DNA of 64,000 nt, from assembly GCA_000091205.1 (NCBI GenBank), contig AP006501.2, one strand, 5' to 3'. The position numbers were made by a program, and so were the translations under genes. This document shows positions 43,416 through 53,827 of this stretch, piece after piece. The notes beneath the pieces are model-generated. The model was not told the origin of the DNA. It did no database searches and saw only the letters and a list, made by a program, of their open reading frames with translations. The first letter of the stretch is position 1. Every line of letters begins with the position of its first letter. The DNA is from Cyanidioschyzon merolae. Taxonomy: Eukaryota.

Positions 43416-45864
43416 GAGCGCCTTGAGCGCGATCGACACTGTCGGGCTTACAGTCCTTCAACTCAGTCCTGTTTCATCGCCGCTGAAAGTATTCGAATGC
43501 TTTTTCGCAGTTTGAAGCAGGAAGTCGAAAACACGATGCCATGCGCCGTTTAAATCCTGGACGAGTTGTCTGTAAGATATATGATTTACCGGACAGTTCA
43601 AGGAGTACTGCATTCCTCATTCAGGTCAGTCATACGTCAGATAGTTGAGGAACACTGAATAAAACAAGTACATGCGCTCCGAGCCAAAAATCGATATTCT
43701 TAAAACGTGCGTTCTGTCAATGATAGGAAACGGCCAGTTGATCACCTTACGGAAAGGAAAAGCGATGATAGTAGAAACCAGTGGCGTCTCTGTTCCTCAA
43801 TAGTTTGTTCGTGTGGTCCTGAAAACTTTGGGATACATTGCGAAAACAAGTCCGATTTCATGCACTGCCATCTCGAACCGAAATCACATTTACAGAATTC
43901 CTGAAACGTTGCGGTCGTAGTGAAGCACAAGGAATTTGGTTTGTTTTCCCAGTCGATGGGATTTGCCTCGAACGAAACGGTCGAGGCGTCTGTCGGTATT
44001 CGAGGGAGCCGGGAGCCTCTCGTTTGTACGATCGAAATCGATGAGAACGACGAAATCATCATCTGGTCTACGTGCAGTGGGTTCCAGTGACGACCTCAGT
44101 TTCTCTCGTAGGGAACGGTCACACTGCAGCAACGAATGTACCGAATCATTCAAGACATTTCACCCTGACGTTTGGCGACGTTCTTTTGTTAGACAACGTG
44201 GAATTTCACCGTTCCCGTGCGCTGGAGCTTCTGCCGATTCTATCGGGGAATAAACCCGCTTTTCATTCCTTGGTACTCTCCGTGGCTGAATCCCATCCAA
44301 AGATTGTTTTATAGTGTGAAACGTAATGATCGCTTCACTGGACGAATCGCAAGATCGTCCAGCACACGATGACACACCGCGCCAGATTACGTCTTTCTTC
44401 GGCGAAGGTCCTCACCTGAGGGCATAACGAAATGCGTTCATTTCCAAGAACAAAAGATCTAATGGATGAGCTGGGGCGTGCACCTCAGGAGGTCTACATG
44501 GAAAGAAGGCAACGGGGCGTTTCGGCGACAGAAAAGTACCGAAGGCTGACAGAGCAGCCAATGCAACGGAGGGCACGACCCCGAGGATTCCTTGCATGAA
44601 CGAGTACCACCAAGGGCAATAAACGCATGGAATTCGTGAACCGACACATCACTGCTGCCATCAGTATGAGGAGATGTGCGTTGCTGAAAACGAGATCCGC
44701 GGACCTGAAGCGATCGAACCTTGTGGGGTAGACGCTCAGGCTCGAAGTCTACAGGGAAAACTCTGAAGCCGATAGCAGGCGGCCTGGTCAAAAGAGACTG
44801 GCTGGCGTTAGCGCATGTGTAGATATATCCACTTTATGGTCGTTGGACACTGTTTTGTGTTTCGCTGATCACATATAGAGTTTTGTGCGGCAGCGTCAGC
44901 CAGGCGGCGGCAACGCGTCTCATGGAAAGAATCCTATCGTTCAGCATCACAGAGTGAACCGGAGCAACACGGAATGACTGCACAGCGTCTGCAACGATCT
45001 GGTCTGAGCTTCTCCGTATCACAAAAATGCTATCGGAACGGCGTGGTGATCGCTTCCCCGGATGCCGATGACAACCGAGCATCCGTGCGATGTCTGGTTC
45101 GTCTCATCCATTGCATATCATGATAGAATCCGCCGCCCTACCTTTCGCGAAAACAGACAGCGCCATCAACCTTCCGGGACGCGTAGTAGCGTCCTGTGCT
45201 GATCTACCAATCTAGCGTTCAGTATTGAGCGTTGCATTCTGGGTATGTCGCGCACAGAATCAGTAGCGAGCTGCGCGCTCGCCATATCACGGGCAGAGGT
45301 GTTCCTTGCAGTTGCGTGCTTGATGATGTCAAATATGTGCATCGTGTTTATCAAAAATGTGTCGCTGTGCGCGTAACCGCAGGTTCCCAGCACGAGAATG
45401 TCGAAGCGACCTCATGGAACGATTGCTTTCAGCTAGTGTCTTGTGAAGACAGCGCCAAGCCGACTAGCTTCCGACCGGAAATCGCTGCCGCGTATCGAGC
45501 GTCCCAGCTTGCACCTGTGTTAGGCTGCACTGCCCACAGCATCGCTGCGTGCAACCGTAGCGCCCAAAAACAAGGCCAGTCTAGGTCTTGTACAACATAA
45601 AAACGTCTGGATCAGAACTGAAACCTCTTTCTCGATGACTGGCTCCTAACACGCCCGCATCCAAACGATTGAGGCTTGTATCATCTGCATGACAAGGGCG
45701 AAAACCTGGACCAGAGGACACCGAAGTTTCTCGTGTCCATAATATACAGATATATGCAGTTACTCCCTCGCACCCAGGGTCGCCGCGCCCCTCCGTGTAC
45801 TCCTCGCTGCTACCAGCTGGTAACGTGCGACCTCCTGAGCGTCGGGTTCCAGTACGCGTCTGAA

Positions 45865-46698
45865 ATGCCAAGCTGCTACCTCTTTCTGGTAGCGATTCTG
45901 GTGTTCACAGTGAAATTATGTGAGGCGATCGCTTTGGAAGACGACTTTTGTACGACATGGCCTTCGGTTTCGGGCCTGAGGTACTGGTTGCGAACCAGAG
46001 ACGCGCGTTGTCTGCGCCAGCAACTTGCTCGCGTGCTCGGCTATGGTGTTGTGGCCGGTGCAGCGCTCGTGAAACTTCCGCAGTTGTTGCGCATCCTACA
46101 GAACCGGTCCGCCGCTGGAATTTCCGTGGCGACCTACTTGGTCGAGTCTTTTGGTTACGCGTACAACCTGGCCTATCACTATCGAGCGGGCTATCCGTTC
46201 TCAACATATGGTGACTTTGTGCTGCTTGGCGTGCAGAACTGCCTCATCATGGCGCTCATCTTTTACTTCAACAACCAATGGTTCCCTCTGGGCCTCCTGA
46301 CGCTGTCTTCGTATATCACGGCAACAGTAGTTGCTAGCTGGTCCCAGCGCGCTGTGCCGCTCGCGGTTCTCGAACGGTTGTGTAGCTTGAACCTTGCGAT
46401 CGTCATCGGTAGTCGTTTACCGCAAATCCTGGCGAATGCGCGAAGAAAACATACTGGATCTCTGAGTTTGGCGACGTGTCTGGGGCTTTTCGGAGGAGCA
46501 ACTGCCCGAGTATTCACGACGATGCAGCAGGTGCAGAACCATACGATTCTCGTCGGATACCTTGCGAGCGCATTTCTTAACGGTATCCTGGTGGCTCAGA
46601 TTCTCATGTATCGGAAGCAGACTAGAACAACACCCGAGGTTAGCGGTGCTACCATGCAGGAGACGCGAGCACGCCCACGCAAATCGAAGACGTCGTAG
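45865..46698 (+). CDS. MPDU1: Mannose-P-dolichol utilization defect 1 protein (MPDU1/Lec35, PQ-loop family)
   Basis: LGYGVVAGAALVKLPQLLRILQNRSAAGISVATYLVE...YPFSTYGDFVLLGVQNCLIMALIFYF...IVIGSRLPQILANARRKHTGSLSLATCLGLFGGATARVFTT...NGILVAQILMY is colinear with human MPDU1, including the two PQ motifs. The track ORF starts at 45676. The Met at 45865 gives an N-terminus of MPDU1-like length, but the Met at 45754 is also possible. Confidence 0.8.
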   Translation: MPSCYLFLVAILVFTVKLCEAIALEDDFCTTWPSVSGLRYWLRTRDARCLRQQLARVLGYGVVAGAALVKLPQLLRILQNRSAAGISVATYLVESFGYAYNLAYHYRAGYPFSTYGDFVLLGVQNCLIMALIFYFNNQWFPLGLLTLSSYITATVVASWSQRAVPLAVLERLCSLNLAIVIGSRLPQILANARRKHTGSLSLATCLGLFGGATARVFTTMQQVQNHTILVGYLASAFLNGILVAQILMYRKQTRTTPEVSGATMQETRARPRKSKTS

Positions 46699-48130
46699 CG
46701 GTCCTGGTAGCAGGCGAGCACGTAAAGGCGCAACACGAGAGTCGCCCAAAGAGAGCGATATCGTTCGTCGCGCTGGGCTTGCAATGTTACGAGCTGCTTC
46801 CTTTTGCTCGATATTCAGCGACCAACATTCGTGGGTGCTCAAGATGTAAACCATGTTCAAACGGGCGCTTGTTTCTTGCGAGCTGCCCTACTATGCCGTT
46901 TTCATTGTGAACCGCTGTTCGCTGCCTGAGGGTCGATGGACTCTGCCACGAGTCTGTGTTGTGAGCTCGAGTCACTGGTATCTGGCTCAGCATCAAATGT
47001 AGACGGAAACAGTATACCAACAAAAGGTTCCCCAGCAAAGCTCGCCTGCAGCATCTCGTTGCGTTGGTATGCCGGTCGGCGTCGCGAAATAGGGACTGTA
47101 GTTCGAATCATACAGGTACAGTGACGTGATCCCTGATCGCTTCCCGTGAAAAACCACCTCGAAATCTGTTGCTCCGCGGAACAATACACAGTGAGTGCCA
47201 GCGCACTCACTTCCGGTCAAAGCCACGGCGCTTGCCTTTCGCACCGCGTCCGCTGGGCAGGAGGTCGAGTTTCGGTGGCCGCCTCTAGCTGGTCGCACTG
47301 CCCGCTGGTTACTCAGTGCGCATCAAGGAGCACTGTCAATTCTTACTGATGTAGTCTGCTCGCACTCCATCGCTGTTGCTATTGTCGTCGTTCCACAGTA
47401 ACGGGACACCCAGCTGAGCAGTGCGTTCACTAGGGGCTGCGAGTCCGTTACCAGCCCGGTGCAGGTCTCTGCTGCGATCGTGCGACAACGCGTCCTCGAA
47501 CCGGCGTACACGAGTCTATCGCGAACCTGCTGATCGTCAGATGTTGCGAGTGTCGCTCGTGGACGCAGTTCGAGCTGCGTTTCGCAGTCGATTCCGAGCA
47601 AGCGACTACGTGCAGCGCAGCACCCGCTGGGCCATTAGGTCCAGCATCACTTCGTACGCAAAACGCAGAGCGTAGGGCCGCAGTACCCCAGCGACATTCG
47701 ACGCGACACAAGTGCCGACATCCGTGGCAGCACAAGAGCAGGCACAGCCAACTAGTACCCAAAGTGACACATAGCGCCCTTCACTGCAGTTTTTTTTACC
47801 GTACTCCATAAACACGTAAAGCATAACCGCGTCAAATCGTTGCCTCGCAAGGATGCATGCACAGGACTGTACTTCAAATCCCCTAGCCCTGCTCGTACCA
47901 GCCACCACCTTCCAGTGCAGCGATCTGTGGTGATGCCCGACTGCGGCATTGCTGATGGCGGCATTGCTGATGGCGGCATTGCTGATCGAGGCTGCGGGTG
48001 ACGTGGAGGTGCTGGCCCCCAGGGCGCCCTGCACAGCACAGCTGCCACCGCGGCGGCAGCAGTCGCTCCGGGCGTCGGGTATACCGGACGTGCCGCTCCG
48101 TGGCCTTGGACGTTTTGGGCGCTGCGTGTT

Positions 48131-49516
48131 GTGGGCTTGACGCAAGCCACCCCTGGCGTAGACTGTTGCTCTGGAGCGTCGGATCTCAGGCATATGGCCT
48201 TTTGCTTCCTGAACGCGCTGTCCCGGTCTCGTCCCAGGTCTCTGAGGCGTCAGGATCCGGGGCGAGCTCCGTGGACGCCCCGGCGGGAAGATGTTGTCGC
48301 CTACGCACTGCGACGGCGGCGAAGCGCTTACCTCGAAGACTGCAGTGAGCACAGGTCTGTGTCGTCCGAAAAAAGTGTGCAAGCGCACCCAGAGGCGGGA
48401 GGTCACCACAGGGAGGCGTTCAACGGGCCGGTCTGGAGCGGGGAGCCACACCCAGCCACCAACCTAGCCGACTTTGATGTTGTACTGTATTCTCCCTCGA
48501 AGATCAACGTTTTTCTGCGAGTTATAAGGCGAAGACCGGATGGATTTCACGAGCTGGCAACTGTGATGCAGGCAATATCGCTGGTGGACCGGATTGGCTT
48601 TCAGGAGCTGCCGGCGGGTGCGTCTGCTGACGTGCTCGAGTGCAACAACGCAAAGGTGCCGCTCGACAAAACGAACCTGATCATCAGGGCTTTGGACACT
48701 TTTCGCACACATTCGGGCTCTAGGAAACACTATCGGGTGCATCTGGATAAACAGATCCCCACGGAAGCAGGTTTGGGCGGTGGCTCGGGTAATGCGGCTA
48801 CCGCCCTCTTTGCAGCAAATAGGTTGTGCGGTGAGCCTGCCTCCAACGCCGACTTAATCCGCTGGGCCAGTGAGATTGGCTCGGATACGGCTTTTTTCTT
48901 TTCCAGTGGCTCGGCGTTCTGCACGGGCCGCGGGGAGCAGCTCCATCCGATTCGACCGCTAGCTCCAACAACGGTCTACATTGTGAAGCCCAGAGGCGTT
49001 GGGCTGAGCACTGCCTCCGTGTACAGAGCGTTGAGCTTGCACCAACTTAATCGCGAGGACCATCTAGACCCACATGTGCTCTGTGAACAGATGGAACGAA
49101 TTGGTCCGCTCTGTGCTCCGCTCGTGAACGATCTGGAGGGGCCGGCGTTTGCGCTAATGCCTCCGTTACGGCATTTGAAGACGTTTCTTGAGTCGTTCGG
49201 CTTCCAGCGAGTGCTCATGAGCGGTAGTGGCACCTCGTTTTTCGCATTAGGCTGCCCCGACAGCGTCCACAGCGAATCGTTTAGGAACCTCGTTTCAAAT
49301 ATGGGCTTGCAGCATGCAGGACCCCTACAGCATCTCTTCCCCGAAGGTGTCGACGTGTTCAAATGCGGTTTTATTCACCGCGATGCGGAGCATTTCTGGT
49401 ACATGGAGAATCCGGCGAGCACGAAAGACGACTCGCGGTTTACAGGCCAACCACCACCGTCACCGCCGCATACCGCATCCAGGCCGGACTGCTTAGGCGA
49501 CTCGCCGAGCACCTGA
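48131..49516 (+). CDS. ispE: 4-diphosphocytidyl-2-C-methyl-D-erythritol kinase (IspE/CMK, MEP pathway), with N- and C-terminal extensions
   Basis: SPSKINVFLRVIRRRPDGFHELATVMQAISLVDRI...LIIRALDTF...HYRVHLDKQIPTEAGLGGGSGNAATALFAANRLCG...LIRWASEIGSDTAFFF.SGSAFCTGRGE is the GHMP-kinase IspE signature. An N-terminal extension of about 100 aa (plastid targeting?) and a C-terminal tail of about 70 aa are present. The alternative start is the Met at 48194. Confidence 0.85.
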   Translation: MGLTQATPGVDCCSGASDLRHMAFCFLNALSRSRPRSLRRQDPGRAPWTPRREDVVAYALRRRRSAYLEDCSEHRSVSSEKSVQAHPEAGGHHREAFNGPVWSGEPHPATNLADFDVVLYSPSKINVFLRVIRRRPDGFHELATVMQAISLVDRIGFQELPAGASADVLECNNAKVPLDKTNLIIRALDTFRTHSGSRKHYRVHLDKQIPTEAGLGGGSGNAATALFAANRLCGEPASNADLIRWASEIGSDTAFFFSSGSAFCTGRGEQLHPIRPLAPTTVYIVKPRGVGLSTASVYRALSLHQLNREDHLDPHVLCEQMERIGPLCAPLVNDLEGPAFALMPPLRHLKTFLESFGFQRVLMSGSGTSFFALGCPDSVHSESFRNLVSNMGLQHAGPLQHLFPEGVDVFKCGFIHRDAEHFWYMENPASTKDDSRFTGQPPPSPPHTASRPDCLGDSPST

Positions 49517-50605
49517 GAAGGGTCTACGCGCCTCAGCGCTCGACGAAAGGGACGCACCACGCTGTTGCATCGTAAGGAAATTCGACACCTTTGCTGGATA
49601 TGTTGGTAGTACTGCACCCTTGGTCTATTATGGAAACGGAGATGCCGCATGAATAGCGAGCGTTCCGTTCAAGGTCGCGCGACAGCATCAGCGTCCGCCG
49701 CAAGATTCAACTTTTCGTTCCGGATGCCGACACGGTGCGGTGTCACCATATATACGCGATCTTCTTCATTGAGTAATGATCGGCTAGCTTTGTATTTTCC
49801 GATCTAGTTTTGGTAGGATACTGGAGCGCCTGGTGGCCTCTTCTAAAACCCGGAAAATCGCACAGAATCACGCAAACATGCTCCTTCACACTGGGGCTTT
49901 CAAGATGCCAGCTCCGTACCCATGCGGTATGTCGCGAACGTGCCCCTTGCACTGCTTGAGTGCATTCCACGAACATCGCCATGCCTAGAATCCTTCATAC
50001 GAAATGCCTCAATCCATGGTCGTGGATGCTTTCTAGGAAGCCTGCTCGGATGTGTGACGTCATGAGGGCGGTTCACTACGGTTCCGCACAGCGCCTCACG
50101 TAATCACCGCAGTGTGTCTGGATCGGACGCCAGCGAACGGAATCGATTCCAGCTGGCATACAGGCATCATCGCCGAATTTGCTTTCGTAGACGGTTTGCA
50201 TCAGCGGTATTCCTGTAGAGTCGCGCTCAACGGATCTCGCTCGAGTGCTTGCACAGAACGCGTCGGAAAGCACGAACATGCATCATGCACGGCAGTGATG
50301 GAAGAGTGCCTTTCACTCCTACAGAGCAGAGACAAAAACAGGAGATTCTAGATCATTGAGAGCTATGGTAGCCCGCGAGAACACCCCAATTCATCCCGTT
50401 TCTGGAGCCATCCATCGATTTCAAGGCATACGCGCTGGACAACACACCGAGCCGCACACGCCAAACTGCGCTTCCCGTTGTCACGCTCGGATGGATGCTG
50501 GACTAGTCGGCATGTGGGGGGATTCTCCGCCTTGCTCGCCTTCAGGGCCGTCTCGTCGCTTGCATCTCCATAAGAAGCGTATCTTCCAGTTCCACAGCAG
50601 TAAAC

Positions 50606-51415
50606 CTAGACAATGAACTGCTCTCCAGAGGCCGATTTCACGCGGATCTCCGGTACCAACGTGCTATCCGGTACATGCAAAGTACTGCGGGCGTAACGCA
50701 GCGCCCATGCTACCGTGGGGAATGCAAGCATGTCCCATGGTATTTCGTCCCATCCATAGAGGCGTGCCTCAAGTGTCTCTGCATTCTGACGATAATCCGC
50801 TGGCGTCCAGTCCCGTTCCAGGGTGGCTCGATACACAAGTTGGATCTGTGCAGCCTGCAAGAGCTCATATACCGCAAGCAGGGGTCCGACAAGCACCGCT
50901 GCGTTCGTCTCTTCGAGTGCTTCACGTCGAGCAGCGTCTCGCGAGGTTTCACCGATCTCCAGATAGCCTGCGGGAAGCGTCCAGCGCCCACTAGCTGGCC
51001 GCAGCGCACGCCGACACAGCAACACCTTGCGCCGGTCTCGGCTGGTCGCCACACATGCGCTGATGACCTTCGGATTTTCATAGTGAACCAGAGCACAACG
51101 CTCACATACAGCTCTTTCCCGATAATCTCCAATTGGGGTCTGAATTGTCAGCTGCGCACCACAACGCGTGCAAAAACGCTGCGGTCGAGCATTGTCGGTT
51201 CGTGCCGGAGCGCTCGCCGAGTCATCCATCCGAGATGCCGCTCGACTCGAGTGCGTGGTAGCAAGAACGCAAACTCTGGTGCGTCTCGACCTCAAGCGTC
51301 CACTATCGAGTCGCTCGAGGCGCAAGCTCGCCGGGACTGGTACAAAGCGTCGGTGCACAGAGTGCAGCGGCACTGATAGAAACGTCAGCCGCAGTACGAA
51401 GCAGCTCACTTGCAT
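50606..51415 (-). CDS. Nudix hydrolase with N-terminal zinc-ribbon (NudC / NUDT23-like) and a putative transit peptide
   Basis: CTRCGAQLT...CERC Zn-ribbon, then the Nudix box GRWTLPAGYLEIGETSRDAARREALEETNA (GX5EX7REUXEEXGU). The N-terminal 60 aa or so are R/S-rich. Confidence 0.75.
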   Translation of the reverse strand: MQVSCFVLRLTFLSVPLHSVHRRFVPVPASLRLERLDSGRLRSRRTRVCVLATTHSSRAASRMDDSASAPARTDNARPQRFCTRCGAQLTIQTPIGDYRERAVCERCALVHYENPKVISACVATSRDRRKVLLCRRALRPASGRWTLPAGYLEIGETSRDAARREALEETNAAVLVGPLLAVYELLQAAQIQLVYRATLERDWTPADYRQNAETLEARLYGWDEIPWDMLAFPTVAWALRYARSTLHVPDSTLVPEIRVKSASGEQFIV

Positions 51416-52289
51416 CAGGACCGGTCAACTTGCACCTAGGCGCCTGCTACGTTTCTCGTAGGACTCGCTCGTGAAGACTCCTCGACACGCCAGCGGTATC
51501 GACTGGCGATTGGCGCAACGTCCAGTGGACGCCAGTACGCATCCCACTTCTCCGACGCCTCATGCTTGATGGTATTTTATTCGAGTCCGCCTCGGTTTTG
51601 GTGCACGAGGCAGGCATTCAGCGTATAAACCAGCACTGGTCATCAGATCGTTGCGTTGAAACAGCGTGGATATCGCAGGATACACAGAAAAATGGTCCGA
51701 ACCGCTACTTCCTTTTACGTTACCGATGGACCTGGAAACGCACCCAAGTCATCCGACTCGCGAGCAGAGTCGGTATCGCCACCATACGGCTACGCTTGCG
51801 TCCATGGCGGTGTAGGATGCTAGGGATGCACGAATACGGACGAACATACTGGATTACAGATCTTTCACGATGCTTACAAACTTCAGCCTTTTCGGGCGTT
51901 TTCACGACTGCCTCCTTTTTGTCTCGTTCATCTGCGCCTTGATATACGTCGGCCTCTACTTTCACTCGAGCTCCGTTATCAGCAGTGAAAGGATATTGGT
52001 GGCGGTGTTCAATGCATGAATTTGCTGGTTTCGGTTATTGTTGACGCGTTTCGTGCACAGGCGGAGGTTGCGATCGAAGCATCGCGTGCCATGTTCGTTT
52101 TTCTTGAGTAGGGCGTCGGTGCGCCCTTCACAGCGGTGACACTTGACAGTGGTCAGAACTTTTCATAAGCGTCAACCGCAACTCCTTCTCCTCTTCTTTC
52201 TCGTCGACGTGTCTCGCTGTGACGCCTGGACGCTCGTTTCATAGTTCGCTGCACCCCGCTGCTGACGGCTACAGAAGGTTGCCATCTGA

Positions 52290-52870
52290 GCGCTTCTCCA
52301 TTTCCGCGCCCGGTGCCGTTCTCTGCGATCACGGGCCTCCTCTGGCCGGTTCTCTCGGCGAGTACGCTACTTGACGCACACCCAAAAGCGCACGCTGTTC
52401 CAATAGGCAGAGGATTTGCGGAACGCGATCCTGTCCATGGCGAAAAAAGTACCAGAAGAATTACCCCGGCTGGAGATCAATTCGAGAAACGCCGATGCGC
52501 CTTCGCCCTCATCGTGCAAAGCAGTGACGTACGCTCCACTGAAAGCGATCGTTGCGATGACTCAAGTCCGAGTCCAAGACCAGTTGTCATTCAGAAAACG
52601 ACTAGACGGGAGCCTCTGGAAGCATTTTCCATGGGAAGTATCGTGTTGCTGTGGAATCCCGTTCCCTGGAAAGGCTGCGAAGCGACGAGGATTCATCTTT
52701 TGAACGAAATCGACGATTTCGTGTGACATGTTCATTGAATTTTGGGTGTGGGCTTTTGATCAAGGCATCCAAGAACGACGTCGAGTTTTCACTCGTCATC
52801 ACTCCAGCGGCGCGCATGAGTTGCCTCGAAACACTAAGCTCGAAAACTTGAAGCATGCTAGATTTTAGCG
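52290..52870 (+). repeat. Interspersed repeat family, copy F
   Basis: tttccgcgcccggtg...ggttctctcggcgagtacgctacttgacgcac...tccactgaaagcgatcgttgcgatgactcaagtccg...cagcggcgcgcatgagttgcctcgaaacactaagctcgaaaacttgaagcatgc, colinear with copy E. Confidence 0.65.
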
Positions 52871-53430
52871 TGTGACACGTAACGAAATTCGAGGAGCAAC
52901 GACTTGTACATGTGCACGGAATAACTACATTGATGGTGTTACGAGCGCTTTGTCCGTGGTCGTTGCGCATGATCTCGACTAGGGTGACGCAACGGATTCC
53001 AGCGGCAAAGAATCGAACGAGCTTTCGTCCGAAAATGCTTTCAAGAGTCCTCCACCTACAGATGAATCCGGAAGCCTTTATCGCTCCACTTCCAGCGTTG
53101 AATCTGTTGATCTAAGCTCAGAAGAGAAATCGCACGAAATGAACAGTTCTAATAGTCCACTGGTCCAGTTTAAGCAGCGAAGCGTCTAGCCGCTGCTAGT
53201 GCGGCCGCTTGCCTCCCTGGGCGCCTAGTCTGCGCATCGTACGCGAGACGCTGGAGCAGCTGGCGCGTTCCCAAGGAAACAAGCGCCCTCGTCAAGCACG
53301 AGTTCCCCGTGGCCGATGACCACATCTTCAGGAAGGCGAGACCAGTCGGGTCCTCGCTGCTGGAATCGTCGCCAACGCAGCGACAACGAAACTCAACAAA
53401 ACAAACACCACTGGGAAGTATGTCATCAAT

Positions 53431-53786
53431 TTAGAGACCTCTGAGCCGGAAAAACGCATCCTCGTGCGGTTCTCGTCCCAAAAAGTCGTGCAAAATTTCA
53501 TTTGCACCACGAGAACCTCCCGGAGCGAGAACCAGCTGGCGATAGCGGTAGCCAGCCTTGGGATCCAGTGGTTGATCCGCAAACGCCTGTGCGTACATAT
53601 CGCAGGCATACACCTCACTCCATAGGTAGCCATAGTATTGCGCATCGTAACCGGACATGAGGTGGCCGAAGCTCGCCCCCATATGGGTTCCTGGAGTCAT
53701 GGGGACCAGTCCGATTCGCCGCTGGAGCAGCGCCAACAGTTCCGCAGTATCGATGCCGTCCACAAGCATCTCCGAAGACGACGACA

Positions 53787-53827
<41 letters not shown>

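Noticed and set aside
42696-43461. Two overlapping 141-aa minus-strand ORFs (42696..43121 and 43036..43461) that could be one gene with a frameshift
   Set aside because: No recognisable domain. The second is Ala/poly-Q low complexity driven by the (GCA)n microsatellite. There is insufficient support to call a gene.
47606-48451. 281-aa minus-strand ORF containing an ISNAAISNAAISNAA repeat
   Set aside because: Overlaps the IspE 5' region antisense. It is built partly from a 15-bp tandem triplication (about 47940-47990). No domain is recognisable.
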